Shown here piece after piece: positions 22,672-34,400 of a stretch of 64,000 nt of DNA. This DNA is from Chara braunii. Lineage: Eukaryota; Plantae; Charophyceae. Each line of letters begins with the position of its first letter. Within the stretch, counting starts at the first letter, position 1. The notes beneath the pieces are model-generated. The model searched no databases. It was not told where the DNA came from and saw nothing but the letters and a program-made list of their open reading frames with translations. The position numbers and the translations under genes were made by a program. The DNA lies in NCBI GenBank assembly GCA_003427395.1, contig BFEA01000005.1, positions 3,515,278 through 3,579,277 on the forward strand, written 5' to 3'.

Positions 22672-25455
22672 GCGGTCGATGCAAGGGATTTTAGGGACCC
22701 TTTAGAGACCCCTAATTTTTTCCAACCGTTGTGATGAGAATATCTGTCGAATCCCCGCCAGGGCTCAACCCAAGGTCCAATTTTTTGTATTTCGGGTGGT
22801 CGTTTGGTATGCGGCCGCCCGACAACGAGACACATGCAGTTTTGAGCCAGGGCCACCTTTATTCTTTTTGCGGCACGTGGTGTGAGCGGTTTTCAGTTCT
22901 CGATCATCCGGTATTGTGGACGATGGTATGGGACTGCATTGGGACCATATGGGATCATTTTGGGACTAGGTGGGGCTGTTTTTTTAGATCAGGATGGTCA
23001 TGTTGGTGTGGCTATTATGAGCGAACATGGTGATTGGAGGGGGTTGGACTTGGGCTTAGGTTGGAACTATCCTTGGTGGACGAGGTGTCGTTGGGACTGT
23101 AATGGGGCCACGTAGGACTTGTAAGTGAGAACACCCTCCTCGGGGGCTATCTCGCTTCGGTCCTTGTGGGTGGCCGCTTAGTGTCCTTGTGGACACTTGA
23201 GGAGGACGTGGATCATCATTAGTAGGCAGCCACAACTTGTGAGTTGTGCGGCTGATCTCTTTGGGAGTATTATCTTGGCTTTCTTGAGTGAGCCGGTTCA
23301 AAACTTCACTCAAGGTCAGTTAGTTGACTCAGACTTCCTTTCAGTGGCTTTCACACCTGTGTCAACCTACACTTTGCTTGACCCTGTTTGTTTTGGACGT
23401 TCAAAATAAAAGGTAGAGGATAGTTGTACGAGTCATGTGTGTGAATGAAAAAATCTGACTTAAGTATGAAATTGTACTGGTTCTTTTGAACTTGTTGTTT
23501 TTGCGTGTTGTGCAGGTAGGTAGAAAAATGTTTGCAAATGAGATTGATTATGCTTATTTGAGATGAAGAAAATGATTGTCGCCTTTCTCTCTTTCACCTG
23601 TCTACATGACAAAAATACTTGAATTTTGAAGTGAATAATTTCAACGGGTGTCGCGAAAGAAAACTTGTGAACATATTGAGGATGAAGATAATCAGACTTA
23701 GTTTTTTCCCGATGATTTACCTTTCTAGCCCGAATGACCTTATCTACCTGTACCTGTCCAAATGGTTCTCATTCTCTATGACCTTTATTTATTTTCGTCC
23801 ATGTTACCCTGAACTTAGGAGACGTGAGAATAACTGAAAACTACTCGCAGTTAACACATTCTCTTTCTCTAGGGAGCATCTGGGCGGGGTTCGTTGCTTT
23901 AGGAGCCTACCCCGTTATCGACCTAAAGTGGACTGTTCTACGGGGGGGTATTCTGCCGATTCGGTAGAGATGGCCCGACTTCTTAGATCCGAGTCTTGTG
24001 CTCGGGTGAGGAGGAGTACCCTAGACCACTTCCTAGAGGAAGAGACATGCAACACTTCAAGCAATCCACTTGATCAAGAATCATTCGCAGGACAGTTTGT
24101 CATCCAAGAAAGATTGGAAGCGTATGAAGAAAGGTTTGTGCGTGCTTAATCTTAGGTTGGCGATAGGTTGGAATGAATGGCTTTGGCAGTATATTTCATC
24201 AAGTCAAAACGAAGGCAGCTGATTACCTTGTCGGCTGCATCAATATTATTGTCGGTAACCAACTCCTTGTTGGCTTTTGTTTGATTGTTTTGTGGTGTTC
24301 GACCTAACATGGTCGGACTTCATTTTGACATTATTTTGTTGGATGTTTCAAATGATGATCTGAATTTTTTTTGTTATCATTTTAGATTGGCTATATGTTT
24401 CTGTCGACAATGGTCGATTCCTTATGATGTAAATACATGTGAATGTTATAAGTTTTTTTTGGTTATGTGTTTGAGGAATTGGGACTAATATTTGTGATTT
24501 CACACTTGGTTGAGACCGTCCTAGTCGACCGACGTCTGCTTCGTACTTAGGAGATCAGCGTCCTAAGAAACGAACGACGTTCGAGTCCACTCGGAGTTAA
24601 CCAAGCGTATCTATACTACAACGAACGAGCAAACGTCCCCGCCTGACCTACCTGTACAATTGCATTTAAAAGCTTTTGCACATGGGTAAGTAACTCGGTA
24701 GGAATACTCCTCTTGGGGTGGTGACAGCCCCTTAGGGAGGCAAGATGTGTCGTGTGGAAACCTATCATGTCGTAGGCGACCGAGAGAAGTACAGTTGGCG
24801 CATCCTGCTAGAGCAGCGAAGAGCTATGAATCCCCCCTGGAGGTGGTTATACGCGGCCTAGGCCGCGACCCCACGACCATGACAAAAAAAATAAATAATA
24901 AATAATTCAAAAAATTATGAAAACAAAATATGTTATATCGAAAAATATACTGAACAACTTTTGGTTTGTGGTCATATCCAAAAATTTTACTGAATTTAAA
25001 ATAAAAAAACAGATATGTTTCATAGTTTTTATAAGGAAAAAAAAAAAGTTTTTGCCTCAGGAAAATTAGTTTTTGAATTAAAATTCAAAGGTGAAGTCAA
25101 AAGATAAAATAAAACATTGCGCGATTGAGATCTCGAAAAGATCGACAACCCCGTATTTTTTGTTGTTTTTTTTAGAATTGTTTATAGTGTAAAAAAAGTC
25201 CTGAAAGTTGTGGTCGCACCCAACCGCGACCAGAGTCGTGGTGGCCGTGATCATGGCCGCCCTCCGAGCTCGCGTCCCATTCGCGGGTGTTACATAGGCG
25301 AAGTGACGATTCGACTGTCGTCGTCTCGACGATTCGCGGGATGTTGTGCATCATTCCCAAATTGTCCCCTTGATTTTATTTTGTTTTACTCCAGTGTGAC
25401 ATGGCCAGGAGGGCTCCCTCGCTTTGTAAAAAGACGGGAGCCGATGCGCTCGACA
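22672..25455 (+). repeat. 5' LTR of a second gypsy family (B1), apparently interrupted by element A
   Basis: 22832..25455 aligns with 38228..40365 (about 85% by eye); ends …GATGCGCTCGACA and is followed by a PBS. Confidence 0.85.
24824..25297. mobile_element. MITE, 474 bp, with CTATG...CATAG termini
   Basis: Absent from B2 (empty site GCGAAGGG at ~40208); 8-bp TSD GCGAAGAG (24816..24823) / GCGAAGTG (25298..25305). Confidence 0.85.
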
Positions 25456-25457
25456 GG

Positions 25458-25475
25458 TGGCGCCGTTGCTGGGGA
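25458..25475 (+). promoter_or_regulatory. Primer-binding site, tRNA-Asp type, of family B
   Basis: TGGCGCCGTTGCTGGGGA, 2 nt after the LTR end. Confidence 0.88.
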
Positions 25476-25678
25476 TAACGACTACCTACCATTGTCCCTT
25501 GTGGAATGACGCTCAGGTACTTTATTTTGAGGGGAAATAATTTATCACATTTTGATTTCTAAAAGTTAACTATTTTATCATCATTGATAAATCTCACAAC
25601 TTTATGAAATATGTTTTGATAATATCATGAAGATTATTTTGGATTTTTTTGTTCATTGCAATTTTTTGATGTTGTAAT

Positions 25679-26383
25679 CAGTGTTACCTGACCGAACATT
25701 CGGGGGCCCCCGGGCTGGCCCCTGAACGTTCGGGCGTTCGGGGTCCCGTTCGGGGGCTGAACTCCTCCAGGTTTGGACCCCGCCAAATTTTTTTTCGGGG
25801 CCTAAAAATAAGTTTTTTTTCTGATTGTTTTTTGTGAGTTCTCTATGATGTAAACTGCACCCCTATAAATTTTGAAGTCATTCTTCTAAGCCAAAAAAAC
25901 ATTAAAAATCGTCAAAGATGGGGGTGTCAAAACGTGCTCGCCCACTCAATATTTTTTTTTTTTCACTTTTCACTTTTTGTTTTCACTTTATTTCGGGGCC
26001 TAAAAAATTTTATTAGTTTTTGAAAAATTGTTAATGAGTTATTGATTATGTAAACTACATATCTATAAATTTTCAGGGTATTTATCAATGCCAAAAAATA
26101 ATTAAAAATCTGCAAAGATGGCGGTGTCGAAAAGGTGTTGGCACATTCACTCATTTTAATTCTCTTTTTATTTTTTCTTATTTTTATCATAGTGTTTATT
26201 TTCTGTATTTGATTTTTAATTCAATTGTGGTAAAGAATTTGGATGTAGTGCCCAGGCAAATGTTGGTTAGTTTATTTTTGGGTCCGCGTATGGCCCGAAC
26301 TGCCGAACGCCTTCCGAAGGGGTCCCGTACGTTCGGGCGTTCGGGTTTGGGCGTTCGGCCCGTCCCGAACGCCGACAACCCTG
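25679..26383. mobile_element. hAT-type MITE (~705 bp)
   Basis: TIRs CAGTGTT / CAGGGTT; 8-bp TSD GTTGTAAT (25671..25678) / GTTATAAT (26384..26391); subterminal CGTTCGGG repeats. Confidence 0.88.
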
Positions 26384-27447
26384 GTTATAATATTAAATGA
26401 GTCGCACTTCGTTATATTGATATTCATCGACTTTATCTATAAATTTTGACTTATTGTGTTGGAAATTATTATATTTTATATGTAATGTTTTAATCGGACA
26501 CTTTATCCAGAAATTTGAGGTTTCCTTTCAGTTATAATTTTAGTAGATTGATTTTTTCATGCAAATTATTATCAGTTAAAGCTATTTGAAACACTGTCAA
26601 GCAGGCATTAACTTTCTTTTTATATTTTTTTACAATATTTATTCAGTCATGAATTTGATTATTATTACTATATTTTGATTGATCAGTTTATCGGGACTTC
26701 TATAAATTTCGATATTATCTACTTTTGTGATGCATTTCTGTCATAAAAGTGCATTTGATCTATTGTTGGAAATTATTTAGCGGGGGTCATTTTGTGTAAA
26801 AGTGTTTTGTATTGATATTGTAAGATATGTTATTTTGTTGAAGATGTTATCATGTGACAATAAATTTCTGATGGATTTGTGAGCTAAGTAGGTGGTAGGT
26901 AGGCTCGCGCCGAGGCTGCTCCTGGTCCATAGTGGGATGTTGTTTTCCGAATCCTATGTGGTTTAAGGAAGAAGGACTACACTATCATTGAAAAGGGAGG
27001 AAGATGTTGAGGCTTTGTTAAAACGTTGCATGTAGTTGTAGGCGACTATTGTTTGTCGTGAGGGAATGAGTGATCACCTAACCTCGTTTCGAACAGAGTC
27101 ACCTTATCTCTATGGCCGATGTCTGATCAGCCTCGGTTGTATGAGGTAGGGTTGTCATACTCTATGTGCAAAGGATTGATAGGGTCGCAGCGCGGGAATC
27201 AGAGGGAATGTGTTGAGGCTCGAATCTAAAGTGGGGTTTGATGTCGAGATGTTATCTCGTGAAGAGGATTACACCACTCCTCGACGCATATCACAAGGGT
27301 TGAGGAAAATCAGATATGATGACTATGAAAGTGAGATCATAACTTGGACGGAGGATCTTGGACGAATGGTTTATCTCATAAATGGTTAGTTTGGGCAATG
27401 TCCGAACTATTCCAGGAGGTTGGTGTGAAAAGAAGGAAAAACCTGTT

Positions 27448-27712
27448 ATGGGGTTAATCCTGACTCGAACGACCCATCAGGGGGTTAATCATGTATGTAA
27501 AGATCCGTCAGGGGGTTAATCCTGACTCGGAAGACCCGACAGGGGGTTAATCCTGTATGAAAAGACCCGTCAGGGGGTTACTCCTGTATGGAAAGACTCG
27601 TCAGGGGGTTAATCTTGTATGGAAAGACCCGTGAGGGGGTTAATCACGTATAGAAAGACCCGTCAGGCGGTTAATCCTGACTCGAAAGACCCATAAGGGG
27701 GTTAATCCTGCC
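27448..27712. repeat. Tandem repeat, ~31-bp unit, 8-9 copies
   Basis: Unit approximately AGGGGGTTAATCCTG(ACTCG/TATGG)AAAGACCCGTC. Confidence 0.9.
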
Positions 27713-28897
27713 TTTTTCGGAAATGATAGTATCAATCAAATAGATTTCATTTTGGAACTAGTCGGAGGGCTTTCGATACCATTCTGAGAGACTAAATATT
27801 GTTTTGAGTGAACGCCAGTGGGATGATGCTAAGACCATCATGAAAAGGGTTCCCCTTAAGTTGAAGGCTTGCAAGGGCTAGACTTGGGTCCAAGTTCTGA
27901 TGGTATAGTGATGTGAATGAATTTTGTTTCATTGACGAAAAATTACAGTTTGACTCCGGGCGAATGTTTGATCTGTTGAGTATTGTAAATTTTTGTCTCA
28001 CATAGACATTTTATGAGAGTTTTAGTTTTGATGGTGAACGACGGGGATGTCGTTCAATGAGGTTCAGGAATGTTGTCGGCAAATACCTTGACATTTGTAT
28101 TTGCAGGGGATTTTAAACATCGGATGTTATTCGATTCTTTCTTTCAATTAAAGGACTTGATGAGACTGGCGTTTGCTAAAAGTTTATTCAGACTTGACCT
28201 ATGACTGAGAGACTAAAAGTTTTTGAGCTTTAATCCGGACACATGTGGCGTACAAGAGTAATGACAGTAACTGACAGTGTTTCACATTTGTCAAGGTCAC
28301 AGAAGCACGTGAACGTGAGAACGCAAAGTTAAACCTATGCTAGAGCCTAAGTAGGTTAAAAAGAATGGTCGCGACATGTATGGGGCCGCAATGTGGGAGG
28401 AATATGAAGTTTTTTTTTTTTTTTTTTGCCCGCTATCGAGAGCATCGGTCCCACGTAGTGCGGGACCCTCCCGGCCGCGTCACACAGGAGTTGGTCTAAA
28501 CTCACGATACACAAGGAGCTTCCGCAAGCCGCTCTGGCCGAGTGCGCCAACCATACCTCTCGCCAACCCTTACGACAGGATAGGGCCAACGCGAGATATA
28601 ACTTACCTCCACCTGCGAGAGTTATCACCTCCCTCCGATGGGCGTATCCCCTCCAAGCTACCAGTCCACAGTAGGAAAGTTAATCAGTTGCAATCGCAGA
28701 GGTGGACCAGCCGAGGGCGTTTCTAGTTCGTTGTAGCATAGAGGTTATGTGTGGTCCCACACCACTATCAGACCCGCATGCCAACCGACGCATTGGGGGG
28801 CTGAAGTCTCAAGCGCCATTCGTCGCCGGTCAACTAGGACGCATCTCATTCACCAGGCGTTATACCACACTTAAAACACAAAAATAAAACACACTGT

Positions 28898-28942
<45 letters not shown>

Positions 28943-29879
28943 ACGAAACAACACATAATAAAACAACGCAACCCATCCTAGTCCCTTCAGTACCCATCCC
29001 ATAACCTTCTCACGTGGAAATCGAATAAGCAACACACGGGAGACTTAATATAAAACCGCGCGGATGCAGGGTTTTCTCATATCGACTAGCAATGCATTCA
29101 AACAAAAGTAGTCGCAATGATGGCGTATTATGTAATACCCATACTCATAAGCTCCTCGTTAATCTCAAGGGTTGCATTCGACACCCAAGTGTCGGTTGAC
29201 ACGCCTTGAAGGGTTAATCTCTCGACGCTAGACAAACGTCAAGTGCGGTTGAGAACTACACGCTCTTCTACCCCCGACAGAGAGTGGGTGGTACACAGGT
29301 TCATACCTGTGGTAACAATCATCTCTTATTGCCCCGGAGACCAGCTCCATCATCCAAGGTCTGAAGAGAACTCAAGGGGTTTGACTTTGACGGCTGCCAC
29401 GGGCTACAACGTCCAACTAAAAAAAATTATAAAAAGCAAAGGATAAAGGAGGAATCTCTGTTTTCTCTCACGGCATAATCTGTTTAACCCTTATACACAG
29501 TCACAACAAGGTCATGCGAACACCTAACGTGTATGTATTTACATATATAGAGAGGATTATAAATATATGACGATCACCTCTCACAATCACCATGGGACTC
29601 CTTTCAGCACTATATATATGTATGTGATCGCGGACACTCAAATCCAAAGTCCGAAACACCAAACATACCTGCAATCACATCAAAGAATATATATTTTTTT
29701 CTCTCACGCCATAATTTGTTAAACCCTTACGCACAGTCACAATAAGCCACACGAACACCCACCACGTTTATATTTACATATATAGAGAGGATTATAAATA
29801 TGTGACGATCACCTCTCACTAAAGTCTCCTACTGACTAAGTTTAAATCCACATCTAAGCTAGTGCCAAAAAAAAGTTAG

Positions 29880-30505
29880 AATTTTAACAGAATCTTCCCT
29901 ATTTTGGATGGATCGCCAGAATCGTCACCTGTCAAAGTATAATTTGACTCCTTTAAACTAAGAAAATTTTGGCAGCGTTTCCTGTAGAAAAATTGTTTTT
30001 TCATAATTTATATTAGCCCAAATATGAAAACTGAAATAACCCTCAACTCTACAAAGTCAAATTTTGTCTAACTCCTTGAATTAGTAAAAATTTGGACAAC
30101 ATCTCTTGTGGAAAGAGACACTTTTCAGATTTATACTAAGTCAGATATGAACTCAAACATGAGACTTGAGTTCTATCAAGACAAAATCCAACTAACTCCT
30201 TAGATTTGTAGAAATTTTGGCAGTCGTTCCCGGAGAGAAAGTAGTTTTTCAAAATTTATATAAAGCTAAGTTAAGAATCTAAAAATAACTTTGACTTGTC
30301 AATCTCCAGTTTTTATCTAACTCTCTGAATTATAATTTTTTTTGGCAGCACTCCCTTTAGAAAATGAGACTTTTCATATTTTTACTAAGCAATATATAGA
30401 ATTTAAAGAAGAATTTTGGAAAACCAAAATTTGACAAACTCCTTGGTTTTGTAGAAATTTCAGCAACGCTTTTCATAGAGAAAGTAACTTACCAAGATTT
30501 ATACA
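29880..30505. repeat. Degenerate ~120-125-bp tandem repeat inside LTR C
   Basis: Recurring AACTCCTT…GAAATTTTGGCAGC…GAAA…TTTTCA..ATTTATA, about 5 copies. Confidence 0.7.
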
Positions 30506-30804
30506 AGATCAACCAAGTATAACAAATGATCCCATAAAAGATGAGAATTGACCTAAGTAAAAACATTAGCTCAGAAAATGCAAAAATTGAAGCTGACTAT
30601 TATGGATCTAGCACGTAGTGGGCATCTAACGCAACTACCTATCAACTAAAACTCAGACAAAGTAATGCTCTCATTCAGACACTTACAGAGCTAAACCACA
30701 ATAATAAGTATTGTCACTAGCCCCAAGTCAACCTGGTCAAACAATAGTTCGTAGTTTTTCAATGATTTATCCCTTATACCCAGCTTACATAAGGCGTAAA
30801 GCTA

Positions 30805-31435
30805 GACCATCCAATGTTATGGAAACCTGTATAGCTCAGGGCACTACAACTTTTTTTTTCCTTGGGCATATGACTAGGCTATCCAATCTAGTGGCCCTGA
30901 ACTGTTTAACTATGCAAGTCATATAAGGCTCATCCCGCCCCTTCTTATCACAAATTTATTCTTAATTCATACTCTCTTCAGTTGGTAATAAACTATAGTC
31001 AAACCATCCAATCTTATGGAAAAATGTCTCACTAGCTTGTTCATAAATAAATTAGTATGAAAATATAAACAAGTTTATCCCTTTGGTTCCAACATGTGCG
31101 TGGCTCCAGACCTGACCACCCAATCTTATGAGAACTTGTCCAGTCCTTCGCCTGAATTTCCCTTAGAACAAAACAAGAGAGAGTCAAAGTCATCCAATCT
31201 TATGGAACATGCTCAACTCTCTTTTCAGAAACCAATAAAACATAAAAAAACTCAAAAAAGACAAAGCAACCAAGTCATCCAATCTTATGGAAAAATGCTT
31301 GGTCCCTGAAAATCAAACAAAAACGGCGTTTGCATGTCAAAGCAATCAGACCACCAAATCTTATGAGAACCTGTTTGGTCCTTCAAGCAACCGAAAATAA
31401 ACATAGCATTGAGTCCTCCAATCTTATGGAGACTC
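30805..31435. repeat. Semi-regularly spaced CATCCAATCTTATGGA motif array inside LTR C
   Basis: About 8 copies (~30808, 30880, 31005, 31116, 31190, 31275, 31352, 31414). Confidence 0.8.
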
Positions 31436-34400
31436 TCCCGGCCTTTGGTTAACCCAGTCTACCGCACGCAATACCACCTTCCTCCCACCTTTCCCCTATA
31501 TGCAACCCCTTTTCACAATCTTCTTTCAGTCAAACAACAAAATTGAAACCGAACTTTGCACAAACATTCATTTACTTAAGTCTGGTTTGTGTCCTGAAAG
31601 TCAAACATAAAGTTAGAGTAGGGATGCAAACAGTATACTCAGTCAACCATAGGAAGAAATACAGATAGAGGTTATAACTAGATTTATAAAGGGGAAGTAA
31701 TGATTACCTCTCAGTTCCCTGCCTCCAAAACTCTTCCTTAGTTCCGACAGAGCTCCTGCAATCGGTGGGCAGACTCCCCACAGAGTCTTGTTGCGGTCCT
31801 ACGGGTTGCAATCCCGCCTGCTGCCTTCCTCTTGTAACCACATACTAGACTTAGATTAAGAAGGGCAGAAGGAGGGGTTTCAGACTCTCAAGATATAGGA
31901 GAGGGACAAACTTAACTTTCAGGAGAGGGCCTTAAAACCTTTATACTCCTGAGGGCCCCACAATGATAGTCAGGAATGTGCAACAACTTAGTCAATCAAA
32001 GTCAAACCGCTAGTTGTTGACTTCTTGACGCTCTTCTCAATTCACAGTAATACCCACCTTTCCTGAGCTTAGTCACTTTCCTATGGCTCGTGACCCGAAG
32101 TATACTGGCGACGAGTAAGTTTGCACCATCACAACTTGTCTGTTGCAGTGCAGGCTAATAGGCTGAGTGTCACACTAGCCAACAGATAGATCCGCAGTCC
32201 CCGCGACAAAACCCGATAGTATTTTCAACAATGCATACACTATGATGCTTAGTAGCACGCACAATAGCCCGTAGCAACACTTTGGTAGGCAGAATGCCCC
32301 GAGGAAGCTCCACCAAACCAACTTTGCAGAGCAACTGTAATGATCACAGCGGCCGCGACCGTAATATACTGCAACAGTTCGCACTGTCAGCTTACACAGT
32401 CGCACTAGTAGCACTCAAATTGAGAAGAGGAACAACGACACAACCTTAAAAGAGAACTCAACAGGAAATTATATAGTGATGAAAGCAACAGGACACAGTA
32501 AACCATTGTGCAACAGCAACCGAAGTGCACTTGGATATCAGTTGAGCACACTTCTGCGAAGGCCAGATACGTGCACGGCTTGATGTTGTACTTCCAACTC
32601 TCGATTCCCTTCTCTAGCCTAGACTAACTGACTAGTCGTTCCTACGCGAGCGCCCGTTCCTCTAAATGGTAATCTACAGTCACACCTTCAACTGTCATTG
32701 TGTGAGATGTCTCTAAATTTCATCGGTGGCCCCGTCTACCATGAGAGACAAAAACTGTTGTTCAGAGAGAAACCCGAGCAAAGCTTGGTCACAATCATAG
32801 TGATGCCCCAAAACACAACATTAATAGGCCATATTTACGTCAATCAGACACAGTAAGCTGACACTGTGATCTTTACGCATGACAACGTCGGGATTGTGGG
32901 CAACATGAAGATTAAGGCCCGGATCATGACCAGGGGCAGTGCAGATCCTCCACCCATGACAACGGTCGCAATTATGAGTGGGGCTCACGACTACCGGGAA
33001 CTGCCCCACCACTCACCCACTGTGCAAGCGAGAATGAATCTGTTGCTAGAGCACAGGCAGATGCATACGAAATTCACATGCTGACGAACTCTACAGCATG
33101 ACATCGAAGCTTGACTTTTTGTTTATCCTGCATCGAGAGGTCTATCAGGTAGACTTCTCCTTTCTTGCACTTAACTTGCAGTGCAGTAACCCTAGCAGGT
33201 AAGCTCTTATCCCCGCTCCCTTCTTCTTCCGCTCTCCTGATAAACAACGCATCCGCCAACAGGCAAGTTTGTAATCTTGCGGTTGGCCTCCCGATGACGA
33301 CAGTTAACCCCATACTGAGCATTGACCATGATGGTGGGTATAAGGGGCAGCGCTAGGATCTTCGATCTCAACTGTGCAATTCAATAATGAATCTTCCCCT
33401 AAAACAAGGGAAGATACATCATGCATCTTATACCAAGTGAGATTCACTCTTGGACGCTGCCGTTTTTGCCCACACCGGTTGAACTGTCGTACCAAGTCTT
33501 CATATGTTGCGGCCATCTGCTCTGCAACACCTCGAACCCCCCACGTAACTTCTTTTCTCACTCGATTCTATAAAGGAACGAGTGAGATTCCTGTTTTACA
33601 CTCCTGCTATGCCATCCTCCTGATTACCTTCGCGCAACCTTTTTCTTCATTAACTTTCTCTCTACTAACTGATTACTAAATCTGACTTTAGAATCCAGGT
33701 CGCCTGCCTCGAAAAACCCGGATTCGAGTCTTCCTTTGTCTGATTTCGTCCACAAACGAGTACGGAAATGCTCGTTTCCCCTTCTTCTTCTCCCCTTCTG
33801 CCATAACTCCGTACAATAGCTTTCTTCTCTAACTCCCTTTTTACTAACTATCTACTAAAACTGACTTCATAGTCGTGCTCCCCCGTCTAAAAAACCTCCG
33901 ACTAACACTTTGATCCGCCCGGTTTCATTTAGAGACAGGTGAGCTACACAGTTTTTAGCTTCGCCATACGTTCTCCTTCGCATTATTTACCATCTTCGAT
34001 TCTTGAACGTACCTGGTGCGAATCTGCGCCGGGTTCAGTCCATCCTTTTTACGACTTGCCTTTCCCCGTCGTTCCTCTGCCTGTCTACGCTGCTGCTGCT
34101 AGCGCAGCGCCCTGGTAGTCGCAATATCACGTTCTTACTGCCCGACAGTCCCCAGTTACTCTGCTTTCATTGTTTCATCTCCCGACCTTCCACTCACCCT
34201 TCTGACCAACGCTGCCTTCCCGACAACGTCCAACTGCGCAGCGCTCGCTTCCACGCTGGCTGGCCAGCGGTTTAACAGTCCCGACCATTCTAAGAAGAGT
34301 TCGGGGATAACCGGCTACTAGGTGGCTTGAAAGTCTTTTGCCCCGATACCCAATCCGACGAGTGGGGCGTGCAGCGCATATTGCTGTCGACCCGCTACAA

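Noticed and set aside
30805-31435. CRISPR-like repeat-spacer array
   Set aside because: The cores are degenerate, the spacing is irregular and the spacers are partly related to each other.
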